DNA of 53,802 bases from a virus (lineage: Duplodnaviria; Caudoviricetes). The notes below the pieces were generated by a model, which searched no databases, was not told the origin of the DNA, and saw only the letters and a program-made list of their open reading frames with translations. The stretch covers positions 1 through 53,802 of the IMG/VR virus record IMGVR_UViG_3300024344_000017. The stretch is one strand, 5' to 3'. This document shows positions 1 through 10,600 of this stretch, piece after piece (position 1 is the first letter of the stretch; each line of letters starts with the position of its first letter). The translations under genes were made by a program, and so were the position numbers.

Positions 1-163
1 CCAACCTTCCCACAAAGGGTCTTGTGTATCGTCAAAACCATCTAGAAACAAAGTATATGTAGTAGGCATTAGCGTCCTACCTGTGTGTTCTTCTGCTGTT
101 ACTCTCGCTGTTTCAATAAAAGGTCTTATTACCCTTTCGTCTGTGCTATCTTCAACACGCAGA
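1..163. repeat. Terminal direct repeat / circular overlap, copy 1
   Basis: Bases 1-163 match 53640-53802 except A37 vs C53676. Confidence 0.97.
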
Positions 164-231
164 TACTCTTTCACCTCTTGTAGAGAAAGAGGCTCTTGTG
201 TTGGTGCTGTTGTTACTTGTAATCCTGCCAT
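1..231 (-). CDS. Head-tail connector (HK97 gp6-like), N-terminal part; continues across the circular junction into 53214-53802
   Basis: ATG at 231 (TAATG coupling) reads MAGLQVTTAPTQEPLSLQEVKEYLRVED...ARVTAEEHTGRTLMPTTY, in frame with the ORF 53214..53708; EP(L/V)SL.E.K.YLRV is typical of gp6-like adaptors. Confidence 0.85.
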   Translation of the reverse strand, partial: MAGLQVTTAPTQEPLSLQEVKEYLRVEDSTDERVIRPFIETARVTAEEHTGRTLMPTTYTLFLDGFDDTQDPLWEGW

Positions 232-446
232 TATCCGAATACCTGTGCTATAACTTGTGTGCTTATAATCAAAACATATATGCCAATTATCATAGCTTCA
301 ATTCTAACGAACTTTTGACTACCTGCTTCTAAGCGTTTTTCAATATTCTCATACCGCATGGCACAAATCTGCTCATGCTGCTCTAACGCATTAGCTACTG
401 CATTATCAGTTTGCGTCTGTTTCTTCTTCGCTTGGCGGTTGTTCAT
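231..446 (-). CDS. Small hypothetical membrane protein (coiled coil plus C-terminal TM helix)
   Basis: HEQICAMRYENIEKRL followed by hydrophobic AMIIGIYVLIISTQVIAQVF; GAGG RBS. Confidence 0.55.
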   Translation of the reverse strand: MNNRQAKKKQTQTDNAVANALEQHEQICAMRYENIEKRLEAGSQKFVRIEAMIIGIYVLIISTQVIAQVFG

Positions 447-720
447 CAGCCTCTACTTCCTCAGTCGTTTCATCATCTGATTCCAATAGAGGTTTAATCG
501 CCTCTAAATAATGCCTCTGCAGTATTTCGTTTTTCTCTACAGCAAACTCTAAATTTGCTCTCGTATTCATCGTTTCTTTGCTTATTATGTCTAATTTAGT
601 GTATATTACTTTTGCTTCATCAGACATATCTGCGACTTTATAGATATCTTCATTGCCATTATCATCATTTCTCAACACTAAAGTTCTTTCGTCTTTCATT
701 TCATTGTTAGCTTCTGCCAT
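406..720 (-). CDS. Hypothetical acidic protein
   Basis: ORF with AGGAG RBS, co-oriented with the late genes. Confidence 0.65.
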   Translation of the reverse strand: MAEANNEMKDERTLVLRNDDNGNEDIYKVADMSDEAKVIYTKLDIISKETMNTRANLEFAVEKNEILQRHYLEAIKPLLESDDETTEEVEADEQPPSEEETDAN

Positions 721-779
721 ATTATTCTCCTTTCTAGGTTTTTGAGCATATTAGAGTATATCATACCATTTGTAATCTA

Positions 780-2708
780 CTAAGCATCCTCAAGTGTTTT
801 GATTCGTGTTTCTAGTGCATCGTTCTTAGCACTTAATTCTTGAATACATTTAACTAAAATGGGTATTAATCCACCTTGTTTAATACCTTTTTTCATATTA
901 GGTTCTTCATCATGTCTAGCTATATTGTTTTCTACTATTAAAGCTGGAAATACTGTTTCAAGTTCTTGTGCTATAAAACCAATGTGTTTATGTTGTTTAA
1001 CAGGGTGATAATCTGATTTCCATTTGAAATTTCTAACCTTCAGATTCATAACATCAGATAACTTGCTAGTAGCATCTACGATGTCTGTTTTTAAAGTTTC
1101 ATCAGAGGACAGAGTACCAGCATCGGATGTCCATACATCTCCATCAGTAAAGACTTGCATCCTTGCAGCAGAAGAATCATCACATTTCAGAAATACTTGG
1201 CTATTATTATCGGAAGATACAGCCGAAGTATCTATAAGCAATCCTTGCGGTTGATCTACAGTGCTTCTATCATTACTAAGCAACATGGCATAGCCATTGG
1301 AATCACCGAATACTCTTAATATTTGATCTTCGTGACCTGCCTGCGCACCAGTTCCAATACTTAAATGACCGCCTTGACTCATAGCATAAGTTACTGTTCC
1401 TGAAGGTCTAAAACTTAAAGCGTCACCTGAACCTGCTGAAACAGCATCATCATTATAGATTTCCCACTTTCTGTTTCCGTTTTGATAAATTTCAAAACCA
1501 GTATCGTGTCCATCTGCTGAATTATCTGCTCTAATGTAGCTACTTGCTGAACCGCCTTTTGCGTGAAGCGTAGTGCTTGGGGAAGCTGTCCCTATACCGA
1601 CCAGTCCGTCAGACTTAATAAAGAGTCTTGTAGCAGATGCAGCAGCATCCCAAATATAAAAATTTTGTCCTGAGTTAGCAAGTTGAAACTCACCATCTGT
1701 AACATCGCTATCTTTGAAAGATAATAATGGTTGTGTGCCTGAAATCTGCACAACTGGTGAAGCACTACCCCAATCTGTGGCACTAGGAGAATTGGTTCCT
1801 ACGCCTACTAATGGACCATTTTTAACTACTAAATCATCACTCATTGTAGAACCACCAGAGAACATGAATCCTAATGAATCATTGACTCTCATTCTTCCTA
1901 TAGTGCTTCCATTACCTTTAAATAATATTGCTGGTACTTTACTTCCTGCTGTAGTATCTAAATCTTCAACAACAATCATACAATCTTCATCAGATGTATC
2001 TGAATTACCCTCTATGTGTAATTTAGCATCTGGGGAAGTAGTTCCTATACCAACAAAACCAGTAGAAGTAATACGCATTCTTTCAGTACCATTATTAGTA
2101 CCAAATCTCAAATCTTCGCCATCAAACTTCAATGCGACATAATCACTAGCGTTTCTATCATAAGATTGAATATAGTTTAAAGAAGCCCCCATTGAAAATT
2201 CAATACCGCTTTCTCCATCGGTATGTTGAACTACAAATTTAGTTGCTGGACTTGTTGAATTTACACCGAAATTAGCACCTAATACGCTTATATCACCTGC
2301 ACCATCAAACTCAATTCTTTCTGCACTGTCACCAATACCTATAGAAGTATCGTCGCCCATGACTATGTTGCCTGTCATAGTTCCACCTGCTAGTGGGAGT
2401 TTTGCTGCTATAGAGTTTGTTACTGTAGTAGAGAAGTTAGCATCATCTCCCAATGCTGCTGCAAGTTCATTTAGGGTATTTAATGCACTAGGCGAACTAT
2501 CTACTAGGTTAGATATTGCAGTAGATACAAAAGCGGTTGTGGCAATCCTAGTAGTGTCATTACCTGCACTCTGTGTAGTAGTTGTTGGGTTTCCTGCTAA
2601 CGCAACATCATCAGCTACTTTATCGCCAGTAACAGCGTTATCTGCAATAGCTGCTGTCAGAATGTTCGCATCTGCTATTACTTTTGATGTTATCTTAGTA
2701 TTTGCCAT
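780..2708 (-). CDS. Tail fibre / receptor-binding protein with C-terminal intramolecular chaperone (peptidase S74-like)
   Basis: LNTLNELAAALGDD anchor, VGIGT.SP repeats, SSDETLK...GFIAQE...LVKCIQEL chaperone signature. Confidence 0.88.
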   Translation of the reverse strand: MANTKITSKVIADANILTAAIADNAVTGDKVADDVALAGNPTTTTQSAGNDTTRIATTAFVSTAISNLVDSSPSALNTLNELAAALGDDANFSTTVTNSIAAKLPLAGGTMTGNIVMGDDTSIGIGDSAERIEFDGAGDISVLGANFGVNSTSPATKFVVQHTDGESGIEFSMGASLNYIQSYDRNASDYVALKFDGEDLRFGTNNGTERMRITSTGFVGIGTTSPDAKLHIEGNSDTSDEDCMIVVEDLDTTAGSKVPAILFKGNGSTIGRMRVNDSLGFMFSGGSTMSDDLVVKNGPLVGVGTNSPSATDWGSASPVVQISGTQPLLSFKDSDVTDGEFQLANSGQNFYIWDAAASATRLFIKSDGLVGIGTASPSTTLHAKGGSASSYIRADNSADGHDTGFEIYQNGNRKWEIYNDDAVSAGSGDALSFRPSGTVTYAMSQGGHLSIGTGAQAGHEDQILRVFGDSNGYAMLLSNDRSTVDQPQGLLIDTSAVSSDNNSQVFLKCDDSSAARMQVFTDGDVWTSDAGTLSSDETLKTDIVDATSKLSDVMNLKVRNFKWKSDYHPVKQHKHIGFIAQELETVFPALIVENNIARHDEEPNMKKGIKQGGLIPILVKCIQELSAKNDALETRIKTLEDA

Positions 2709-2726
2709 ATTTATCTCGTATTTAAT

Positions 2727-3053
2727 TTATGCGTTTGGTGTTATCTCATAATCTCCAGACCTAGAATCTATGGTGTTTTCTAGTTCTGATTTCATTTCAT
2801 TTATTCTTGTAGTACCTACTCTTGCTTCTATCCAAGACTGTAATGTTGATTTTGTGATGTCAGTTATTTCAGAAAAAGTATCGGACGACACACCTTGTTC
2901 TAAATCAAAATCTAAACATCCCCCTACTTCAGCAGACTTACCATCTTTAGTTCCAGTAATAGTCCATTCTATGGTTTGAACAAGGTCTTTTTGTTTACTC
3001 TCTATATTATAAGGGGTTATTTTGATTATTTTTATGTTCCACGTGTATTCCAT
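2727..3053 (-). CDS. Hypothetical protein, probable fibre assembly factor
   Basis: Lies between two fibre genes, directly after the one fibre that lacks an S74 domain. Confidence 0.5.
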   Translation of the reverse strand: MEYTWNIKIIKITPYNIESKQKDLVQTIEWTITGTKDGKSAEVGGCLDFDLEQGVSSDTFSEITDITKSTLQSWIEARVGTTRINEMKSELENTIDSRSGDYEITPNA

Positions 3054-3062
3054 ATCTACCTC

Positions 3063-4676
3063 CTATGACCAAGCTACTGTTAAGTCTTTCATATCTGTTT
3101 CGTGGTCTGACGAGTTGTCGCCTGCTTTAGTTATTCTATAAAAAGCTGATGGGTGTGTATAAGAAGGTATATCAATATCAAAGTAAAAACCTTGAGCCCC
3201 CTCCGAACCATAAGTTACAGAATGTGAACCTCCTGATCTTATGACAACTGCCTCACCTATATTTATACCACTATTTTGATACCCAGACAGCATAGCGTGA
3301 CAAAATGCTCCGTTGTAACCTGATAAATAAACTTCTACTTGAAAACTACCATATCCAATATTAGATGCTCCATTATTACAATTAGGAACTGTTATTCTAA
3401 AGCTACCAGAGTAACCACCTGACTTGCCGCTTGTGCCAAAGTATGTCCAGTAATTGGATTGGAAAGCAGCTGTATGAAAATCGGTTGCATTTTCAGTTCC
3501 ATTTATAAGCAAGCCACCGCTTTGTACTTGTAAACCTGCCATATTGGTTGGAACAGTTGAATTACTTGCAACCATTACAAAACCATCAGAAGTAATACGC
3601 ATAGCTTCATCTAAAGTTTCATCATTTTGTGAGATTGCAAAAGTCATTGCAGCAGAACTATCACTATCATCAGCACTTTCTTTTACTACTGCTATACCGC
3701 CACCTAAACTTGGGTTATCTTCATCATCAGGTATTTTAAAAGCCAGTCTTGGACCCAAACCTGCAACACCATTTGCCCCACTTGAAGCATAAGCTAAAGC
3801 TAGAGTTAAAGTATCATGTGGTGTTGATTGTGTATCATCAGCAGGATTAGAACTCATTAAAATTTTGTTATTTCCTGCATCTACATGAAACATATGTGTA
3901 GAGCCATTAGATTCAATTCTAAAGTCAATATCATCACTATTCTCATTAAAGATAAAACCATTACTGCCAAGACTTGCAATAGTATTACTTGCTTGTCTAA
4001 GAGCTAGTATTTGTCCTGCTCCACCTGTTGATGTTCTACCCAACTGCATAGCTGTTGAATCAGAAGATACTTGTAGTTCTGGAACTGTAGCTGAATTTTT
4101 TAATGCTATTCCTGTTTGATCTGCGAAGTTTGATACAGGGTTAGTAACAGTATTGCCTAAAAGAATGTGACTATTAAATGTAGCTGTTCCTGCATCTGAC
4201 ATATCAAGGGTAAGGGCAGTAATACCTGTTCCACCATCTTCGCCTTTAAATACAACGCTACCATCATTTCCTGCATTGTAAATATCTAAATTAGCACTAG
4301 CTTTGCTTAATATTGCAAAATTTGTACCACCATCTTTTAGTATTACATCTCCACCATCTGCATCAAGAATAATATCCCCACCAACATCTAGTGTTAAATC
4401 ACCTGCATGAGAAATATTACCAGTCATCGTGCCACCAGATAATGGCAATACTGTGCTAAAGAATGAGGCATTGTCATTCATAGCTGCTGCTAACTCATTT
4501 AGTGTGTTTAAGCTAGATGGTGCAGAGTCAACCAAGTCTGATACCGCAGTAGTAACAAAAGCAGTAGTCGCAACTCTTGTTGTGTTGTTTCCTGCTGATT
4601 GTGTAGTTGTAGTAGGATTACCTGCTAAAGCTACATCATCTATTATTTGTTCACTGCTTACTTTAGTATTCGCCAT
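3063..4676 (-). CDS. Second tail fibre / receptor-binding protein
   Basis: N-terminus nearly identical to the 780-2708 fibre (DDVALAGNPTTTTQSAGN...LNTLNELAAA); distinct C-terminal domain. Confidence 0.85.
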   Translation of the reverse strand: MANTKVSSEQIIDDVALAGNPTTTTQSAGNNTTRVATTAFVTTAVSDLVDSAPSSLNTLNELAAAMNDNASFFSTVLPLSGGTMTGNISHAGDLTLDVGGDIILDADGGDVILKDGGTNFAILSKASANLDIYNAGNDGSVVFKGEDGGTGITALTLDMSDAGTATFNSHILLGNTVTNPVSNFADQTGIALKNSATVPELQVSSDSTAMQLGRTSTGGAGQILALRQASNTIASLGSNGFIFNENSDDIDFRIESNGSTHMFHVDAGNNKILMSSNPADDTQSTPHDTLTLALAYASSGANGVAGLGPRLAFKIPDDEDNPSLGGGIAVVKESADDSDSSAAMTFAISQNDETLDEAMRITSDGFVMVASNSTVPTNMAGLQVQSGGLLINGTENATDFHTAAFQSNYWTYFGTSGKSGGYSGSFRITVPNCNNGASNIGYGSFQVEVYLSGYNGAFCHAMLSGYQNSGINIGEAVVIRSGGSHSVTYGSEGAQGFYFDIDIPSYTHPSAFYRITKAGDNSSDHETDMKDLTVAWS

Positions 4677-7600
4677 CTATGCGTCCTCTAATGTTTTGAT
4701 TCTTGCTTCTAATTCTTGGATTGCTTTAACAAGCATAGGTACTAAGAATTTTTCCCTTACTGTTAATGGGTTTTCAATAACTTTATCATCTACCTTTACT
4801 GATGAACCATCACCAAAAGACTCTACGATATCAGGGGAAACCTTTTGTACCTCTTGTGCTACAAAACCATATAGTGTTTTATCATTTTCCGATTCTGAAA
4901 AATTGTCTATCCAATTAAATTTAACAGGGTTTAGATTTTTAATCGTTTCTAATGAATTATCTAAAGAAGTAATATTCTTTTTGAGTCTTTCATCTGATGC
5001 GTTATAAATATTTGTTCCTGTTGGCGCACCTATGTTTCCAGAGCCATCAATAGTCATTCTGTGACCAGTATTGTCTGTGAAAAACTTTAGACTACTAATA
5101 CCACTACTAAATGCTCTTATATAAGGACCATCACTAGCATCATATCCAATTTCACAAGCTCTATTATTATTACCCTCACCACTTACTCTTATTGAAGCTG
5201 TACTACTACCATGATAAACGTGAAGTTTTTCTTGTGGTGATGAAGTTGATATACCCACGTTTCCATTATTAGCAATAGTCATAGCTGTAGCTGGTGCGCC
5301 ATTGTCTGATACTTGGAAAAGTATTTCCCCTTTACGAGAGCCACCGTCACCAGAGCCTTGTTGCATTTTTATATTAGCTACTGATTGGTCTGTTGATGCA
5401 CCATCTGTATTGAATGTAATATTTGCACTTCCTTCTGAGCTTCCTGAGTCTGCAAATAAAGTTTGTGTTAGTGCTGTGCCAGCACCGCTTAACTTTGCAT
5501 CACCTACTGTATCAATCTTGAATCTTTCTGTGCTACCACCTGTGCTAACCACAAAGTTAGCTTGAGCTCTAATAGCTAGATCAGCAGCAGTGCCACTTGC
5601 TATAAGGGCTTGAGAATCACCTATATAACCAGTAAGTGAACCCGCACCTCCACTGTCACTTAGTTGAAGTTCTATATATCCACCATCTCCATGTGTGCTT
5701 TCAACAAGCATCGGAGAATTAGTTGATGTATTAATATGTAAAGAAGCTGCAGGACTTGTGGTTCCTATACCAACATTTCCACCATTTTTAACAGTAAGTA
5801 AAGTATTATAAGTATCGTCGCCATAGGCAGTATCTTGTGCACCAACATCTATAGTAAAAGCAGCATCTACATTTTCTTGTGCTGCTATTCTCCAGTTATA
5901 ATGATTTCCTGTAGTGCCGAAATAAAGCTCAGGAGAACCATTGTTGATAGCTACATCATCTGTAAAAGTTGCTGATGTTGCCGTAATACCTGCATTAAAA
6001 GTAGCTGCTCCTGCTTCTGACATATCAAGAGTAAGAGCATCAACAGCAGAACCATTATCATCTCCTCTCAAGATTAAATCATTGTCTGTTACATTAGATT
6101 TAATAATAAAACTAGATGAGGCATGTCTAAACTGACCAATAGCTGTTCCACCATCTTTAAACCAGATATCACCACCATCTGCATCAAGAGTAATGTCTCC
6201 TGCTACATCTACTGTTAGGTCTCCAGAAGATAAATCTATCTCTGTGCCAGATATAGTTAGGTTGCCTTTGACTATGTTTCCTGCGAATGTTGCGTTTTCA
6301 CTACTATCAAAGGTCAAAGCTACTGCATCTGCTGCAGAAGTAATACTGACCGCTGTAGCCATGATATCGTCAACATCTGCTTTTTTGAGTGCGCTATCTG
6401 TAGCATCAAGAATCATCATCTTGTCGCCAGATACTGGTGTTACTTCAGTTAAGCCTGAGATTACATTCGCATTAAGGTGAGCAGCATCTATTGAGCCATC
6501 TGTATAGTGTTCACTATCTACTGCGTTGTCTGCAAGTTTCGCACCTGTTATGGCATCTGCTGCAATCTTCCCTGTCGTGACATTAAGGTCAACTAGCTTG
6601 GCGGTTGTGATAGTGTCGTCAACTGGCACATTTATATCTGTTTGTGTAAATGTATTTACTTCTAAAATTGCACCATTTGCAGGTGCTGTGTCCATAGTTA
6701 AAGTAGTACCGCTTACTGCATAATCTGTTTTTTGTTGATAGACACCATCTAAGAATACCTGTGTATTCTTTTCATCTACTGGTGCTATGGTTAAAGTAAA
6801 CGCAGTTGTTGAGCCATTACAAGTGAACTGGTCATTGTTTAAGTTGCTACCTGATACTGCTGCTCTGACAGAATAAACGATAATCCTTGTGCCACTTGGT
6901 GGTGCTTCATCAAGTGTTAGGGTAGTCCCATTGAGCGTATAATCATTAGGATTCTGGAATACCCCACCGACAAATACGAATAAGTTATCTTCACTATTTG
7001 GTGTTTGACTTAATGTGAACGCTGTTGTTGAGTTATTAGCTGTTGTGTAGTTATCAACAGAGAATGTGTTAGTACCGCCACCACCAATCTCGCCCCAAGC
7101 ATCTGTATATCCTTCAAAACGACCTAGTGTAGTGTTATATCTGAATACACCTGCTGCTCCAGTAGGTCTTTGTGCAGTAGTTCCTTTTGCTATCAAAATA
7201 CCATCTGTGGCAGTTCCGACATCTAATGTATAACTTGGCGATGCAGTTTTTACACCTACTCTATTGTTTGTTGTATCTACCTTAAGAACATTGGTATTGA
7301 CTGTTAAATCATTAGTTATTGCCAATGATGTTAATGTTCCAAGACTAGTAACATTTGTTTGTGCTGCTGTTTGTAATGTTCCTGTTAAGTTTCCTGAGAA
7401 ACCTGTTGATGTTAGCAGTCCAGTAGATGGGTTATAGGTTAAACCAGTATCAGTTTCTGCGCCTTGCGTCCCAGTAGCACCATCTACGAATACTGGATAA
7501 ACTGTTTCGTCTGTGCTGTTATTAGCACTAACAGTTATTGAAGTGGCTAAAGCTGCAGTTCCTGAGGTGTCTTGGTTTAGCGTAGCGATTACGAAGTCTA

Positions 7601-10600
7601 AGGTATTATCACTATCATCATAAGATACAGTAATCCCTGTTTCCGTATTTGAACCTACCATCGCACCGACTGTGTCGGCTATGGTTTCAGATAAAGTAGT
7701 ACCATTGATAGTTAAAGCATCTGTTTCTAGTGTGCCATCTATATCAACATTTCCAGAAATATCTAAAGTCGCTGCAACTAATTCACCGCCTATCGTTAAA
7801 TCACCGCTTGATGGGTTGTAAGTAAGTCCTGTATCTGTTTCTATTCCTTGCGTTCCTGTCGCACCATCAACAAAGGTCAAATAAACAGTTTCATCAGTAG
7901 AATTATTAGCAGAAGCTGTAATGTTTGTCGCTTCTGTTGATAATGCTACCGCTATATTGCTAGTTCCATCAAAGCTAGTGCCACCAATGGTTCTCGCTGT
8001 TGCTAATGCTGTTGCTGTAGCTGCATTTCCTGTCGTATCTTGGTTCAATGTTCCAATAACGAAATCAAGCGTGTTATCAGAGTCTTGATATGTGACTGTA
8101 ATGCCTGTTTCGGTATTAGAGCCAACCATACCGCCTATGATGTCGGCAATCCTTTCTACATTGATAGTGACATCACCGCTTGATACTGAGAAATCAGTAC
8201 CATCAAATGTGGCTACACCTGCATTAGTTTCTGTTGCAAGTTCTGCTGCGATAGTTATTGTGTCGTCAGATACAGTAGTATCAATACCTTCGCCACCTGT
8301 AAATGTTAATGTTCCGCCTGTTGCGAATGTGTCGTTAGAACCGCTATCTGCTGATAAAGTAAATGATGTTGATATATTGTTGGTAGAAATTGATGTAATT
8401 CTACCTTTTGCATCTACAGTCACTGCAGGGATAGCTGTAGCAGTCCCATAAGAGCCTGCAGACGCTCCTGAATTAGAAAGTGCTACAGCACCACTACTTA
8501 CACTGAAATCGCTTCCAAATGAAGCAATCCCTTTGTTTGACGATGTGGCATCTTCTCCTGCTATCGTTAGAGTTCCTGAACTTTCTGTTATATCTACACC
8601 TTCACCTGCTGTGTAGGTTATTGTTCCGCCTAACGCAATCGCTGTGGTGTTACTACCATCAGAAACAGTTATTGCTGAATTTGCTAATTTGGCATTAGCT
8701 ATAGAACCTGCCAACATAGCGTTAGTTATATCGCCAGAGCCTATAACCAAATCTATGGTTCCATCGCCATCTTCATATGTTGCTGTGATACCAGTTTCAG
8801 TATTACTACCGAACATAGCACCTACTGTATCTTGCACAACCTCAGATAAATCTATATTGGCAGTACCATCAAAACTGACACCATGAATTGTTCTGGCAGT
8901 TTCAAGTGCTGTAGCTGTCGCTGAGTTTCCTGTTGTGTCCTGATTGAGTGTGCCGATTACTAAATCAATGGTATTGTCGCTGTCTTGGTAAGTTGCAGTA
9001 ATTCCAGTTTCTGTGTTGGAACTGAACATTGCACCGACTGTATCTGATATAACTTCAGACAGGTCTATATTAGCCGAACCATCAAAGCTAACACCATGTA
9101 TAGTTCTCGCTGTTTCTAAAGCAGTAGCAGTAGTAGAATTACCAGTTAAAGCACCTACTAAAGAAGCTGCATAAAATGTTTTATTAGAAGATAATCTAGA
9201 GTTTCCATTGTCCCATGTTATAGTCGGTTTTCCGCTAGAAGCACCAAACTCTAGTCCTGCGCCATCTGTATTAGCTAATGTGGTAGCACCTTTGCCTACT
9301 CTGATGGTTAAATCTTCTACTGTAAGCGTTGAAGTGTTTAGTGTTACTGTATCTCCATTTACAGTTAAATCACCTGTTACTGTTAAATCATTTCCAATTG
9401 TTACATCATCAGGTAGCGAGATAGTCACTGCTGCAGTTTCTGAACCTGAGCCTGAAACAGTTATCTCGTTTGAGGTACCTGCTATCGTGGCAATATAATT
9501 ACCAGTTGATTGTGTTCCTAGTGCGACAGCATTGTTTGCAATTTGATCTGTGCCTATAGCATCGTCTGTAATGTTTAAAGTGATAGCTGCATTTTCAGAG
9601 CCTGAGTTAGCTACAGTTATATGTGAATTACCTGCATCAGCTATAGTTGCGACATAATTTCCTGTGGTATCAGTACCTAAAGCTACCGAATCCGCTGCGA
9701 CTGTTAGTGCAATAGATGTATTGCCTAAATTAGTCATAGTGCCTGAGCCAGTAACATCTCCTGTAAATGTTAGTGTCGGGTCAGCTACATTGAAGTCTAA
9801 AGTGCCATCACCATCTTCATAAGTGACTGCTATGCCTGATTCAGTATTAGAACTGACCATCGCACCAACAATGTCTTGAACTCTTTCTGCATTAAGTGTT
9901 ACATCGCCACTAGAAACTGTAAAATCTGTTCCATCAAAAGTAGCTATACCTTTGTTAGTTTCAGTAGCATCTTCAACACTAACTGTTATCGTGGCATTCT
10001 CTGAACCGCCACCAGAAACATCAATACCTTCACCTGCGGTCAAATCAGCTACATAATTTCCTGTTGTGTCTGTTCCTAATGCTATTGAGTTAGCTTGTAT
10101 TGTGGTCGTTATTGTTACATCACCAAGATTGGTCATAGTCGCACTACCTGCAACATCACCGCTCAAGGTTATAACTGGGTCACTAACATTGAAGTCAAGT
10201 GTTCCATCGCTATCTTCGTATGTTACTGCGATACCGCTTTCGGTGTTGGAAGATACCATTGCACCGACTAAATCTTGTATTCTTTCTGTTTGTAGTGTTA
10301 CTGCACCGCTAGATACAGAGAAGTCAGTAGCATCAAAACTTGCAATACCTTTATTGCTGTCTGTTGCATCTTCTGCGCTTATGGTAATCGTAGCTGTTTC
10401 TGAGCCACCGCCACTTACATCTATGCCCTCTCCTGCTGTAAGGTCGGCTACATAGTTTCCAGTAGTATCTGTGCCTAAAGCAACTGAATTAGCTTGTATG
10501 GTTGCTGTGAGCGTTCCTGAAGCCAAATCAGTTATTGTTACTGAACCACCTAAATCTCCTGCTAGAGTTATAGTGAAGTCAGCAACATCAAAATCTAATG

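Noticed and set aside
2400-4676. Duplicated fibre N-termini as a diversity-generating retroelement TR/VR pair
   Set aside because: No reverse transcriptase in the genome; repeats are N-terminal and in coding frame, and the differences look synonymous rather than adenine-specific
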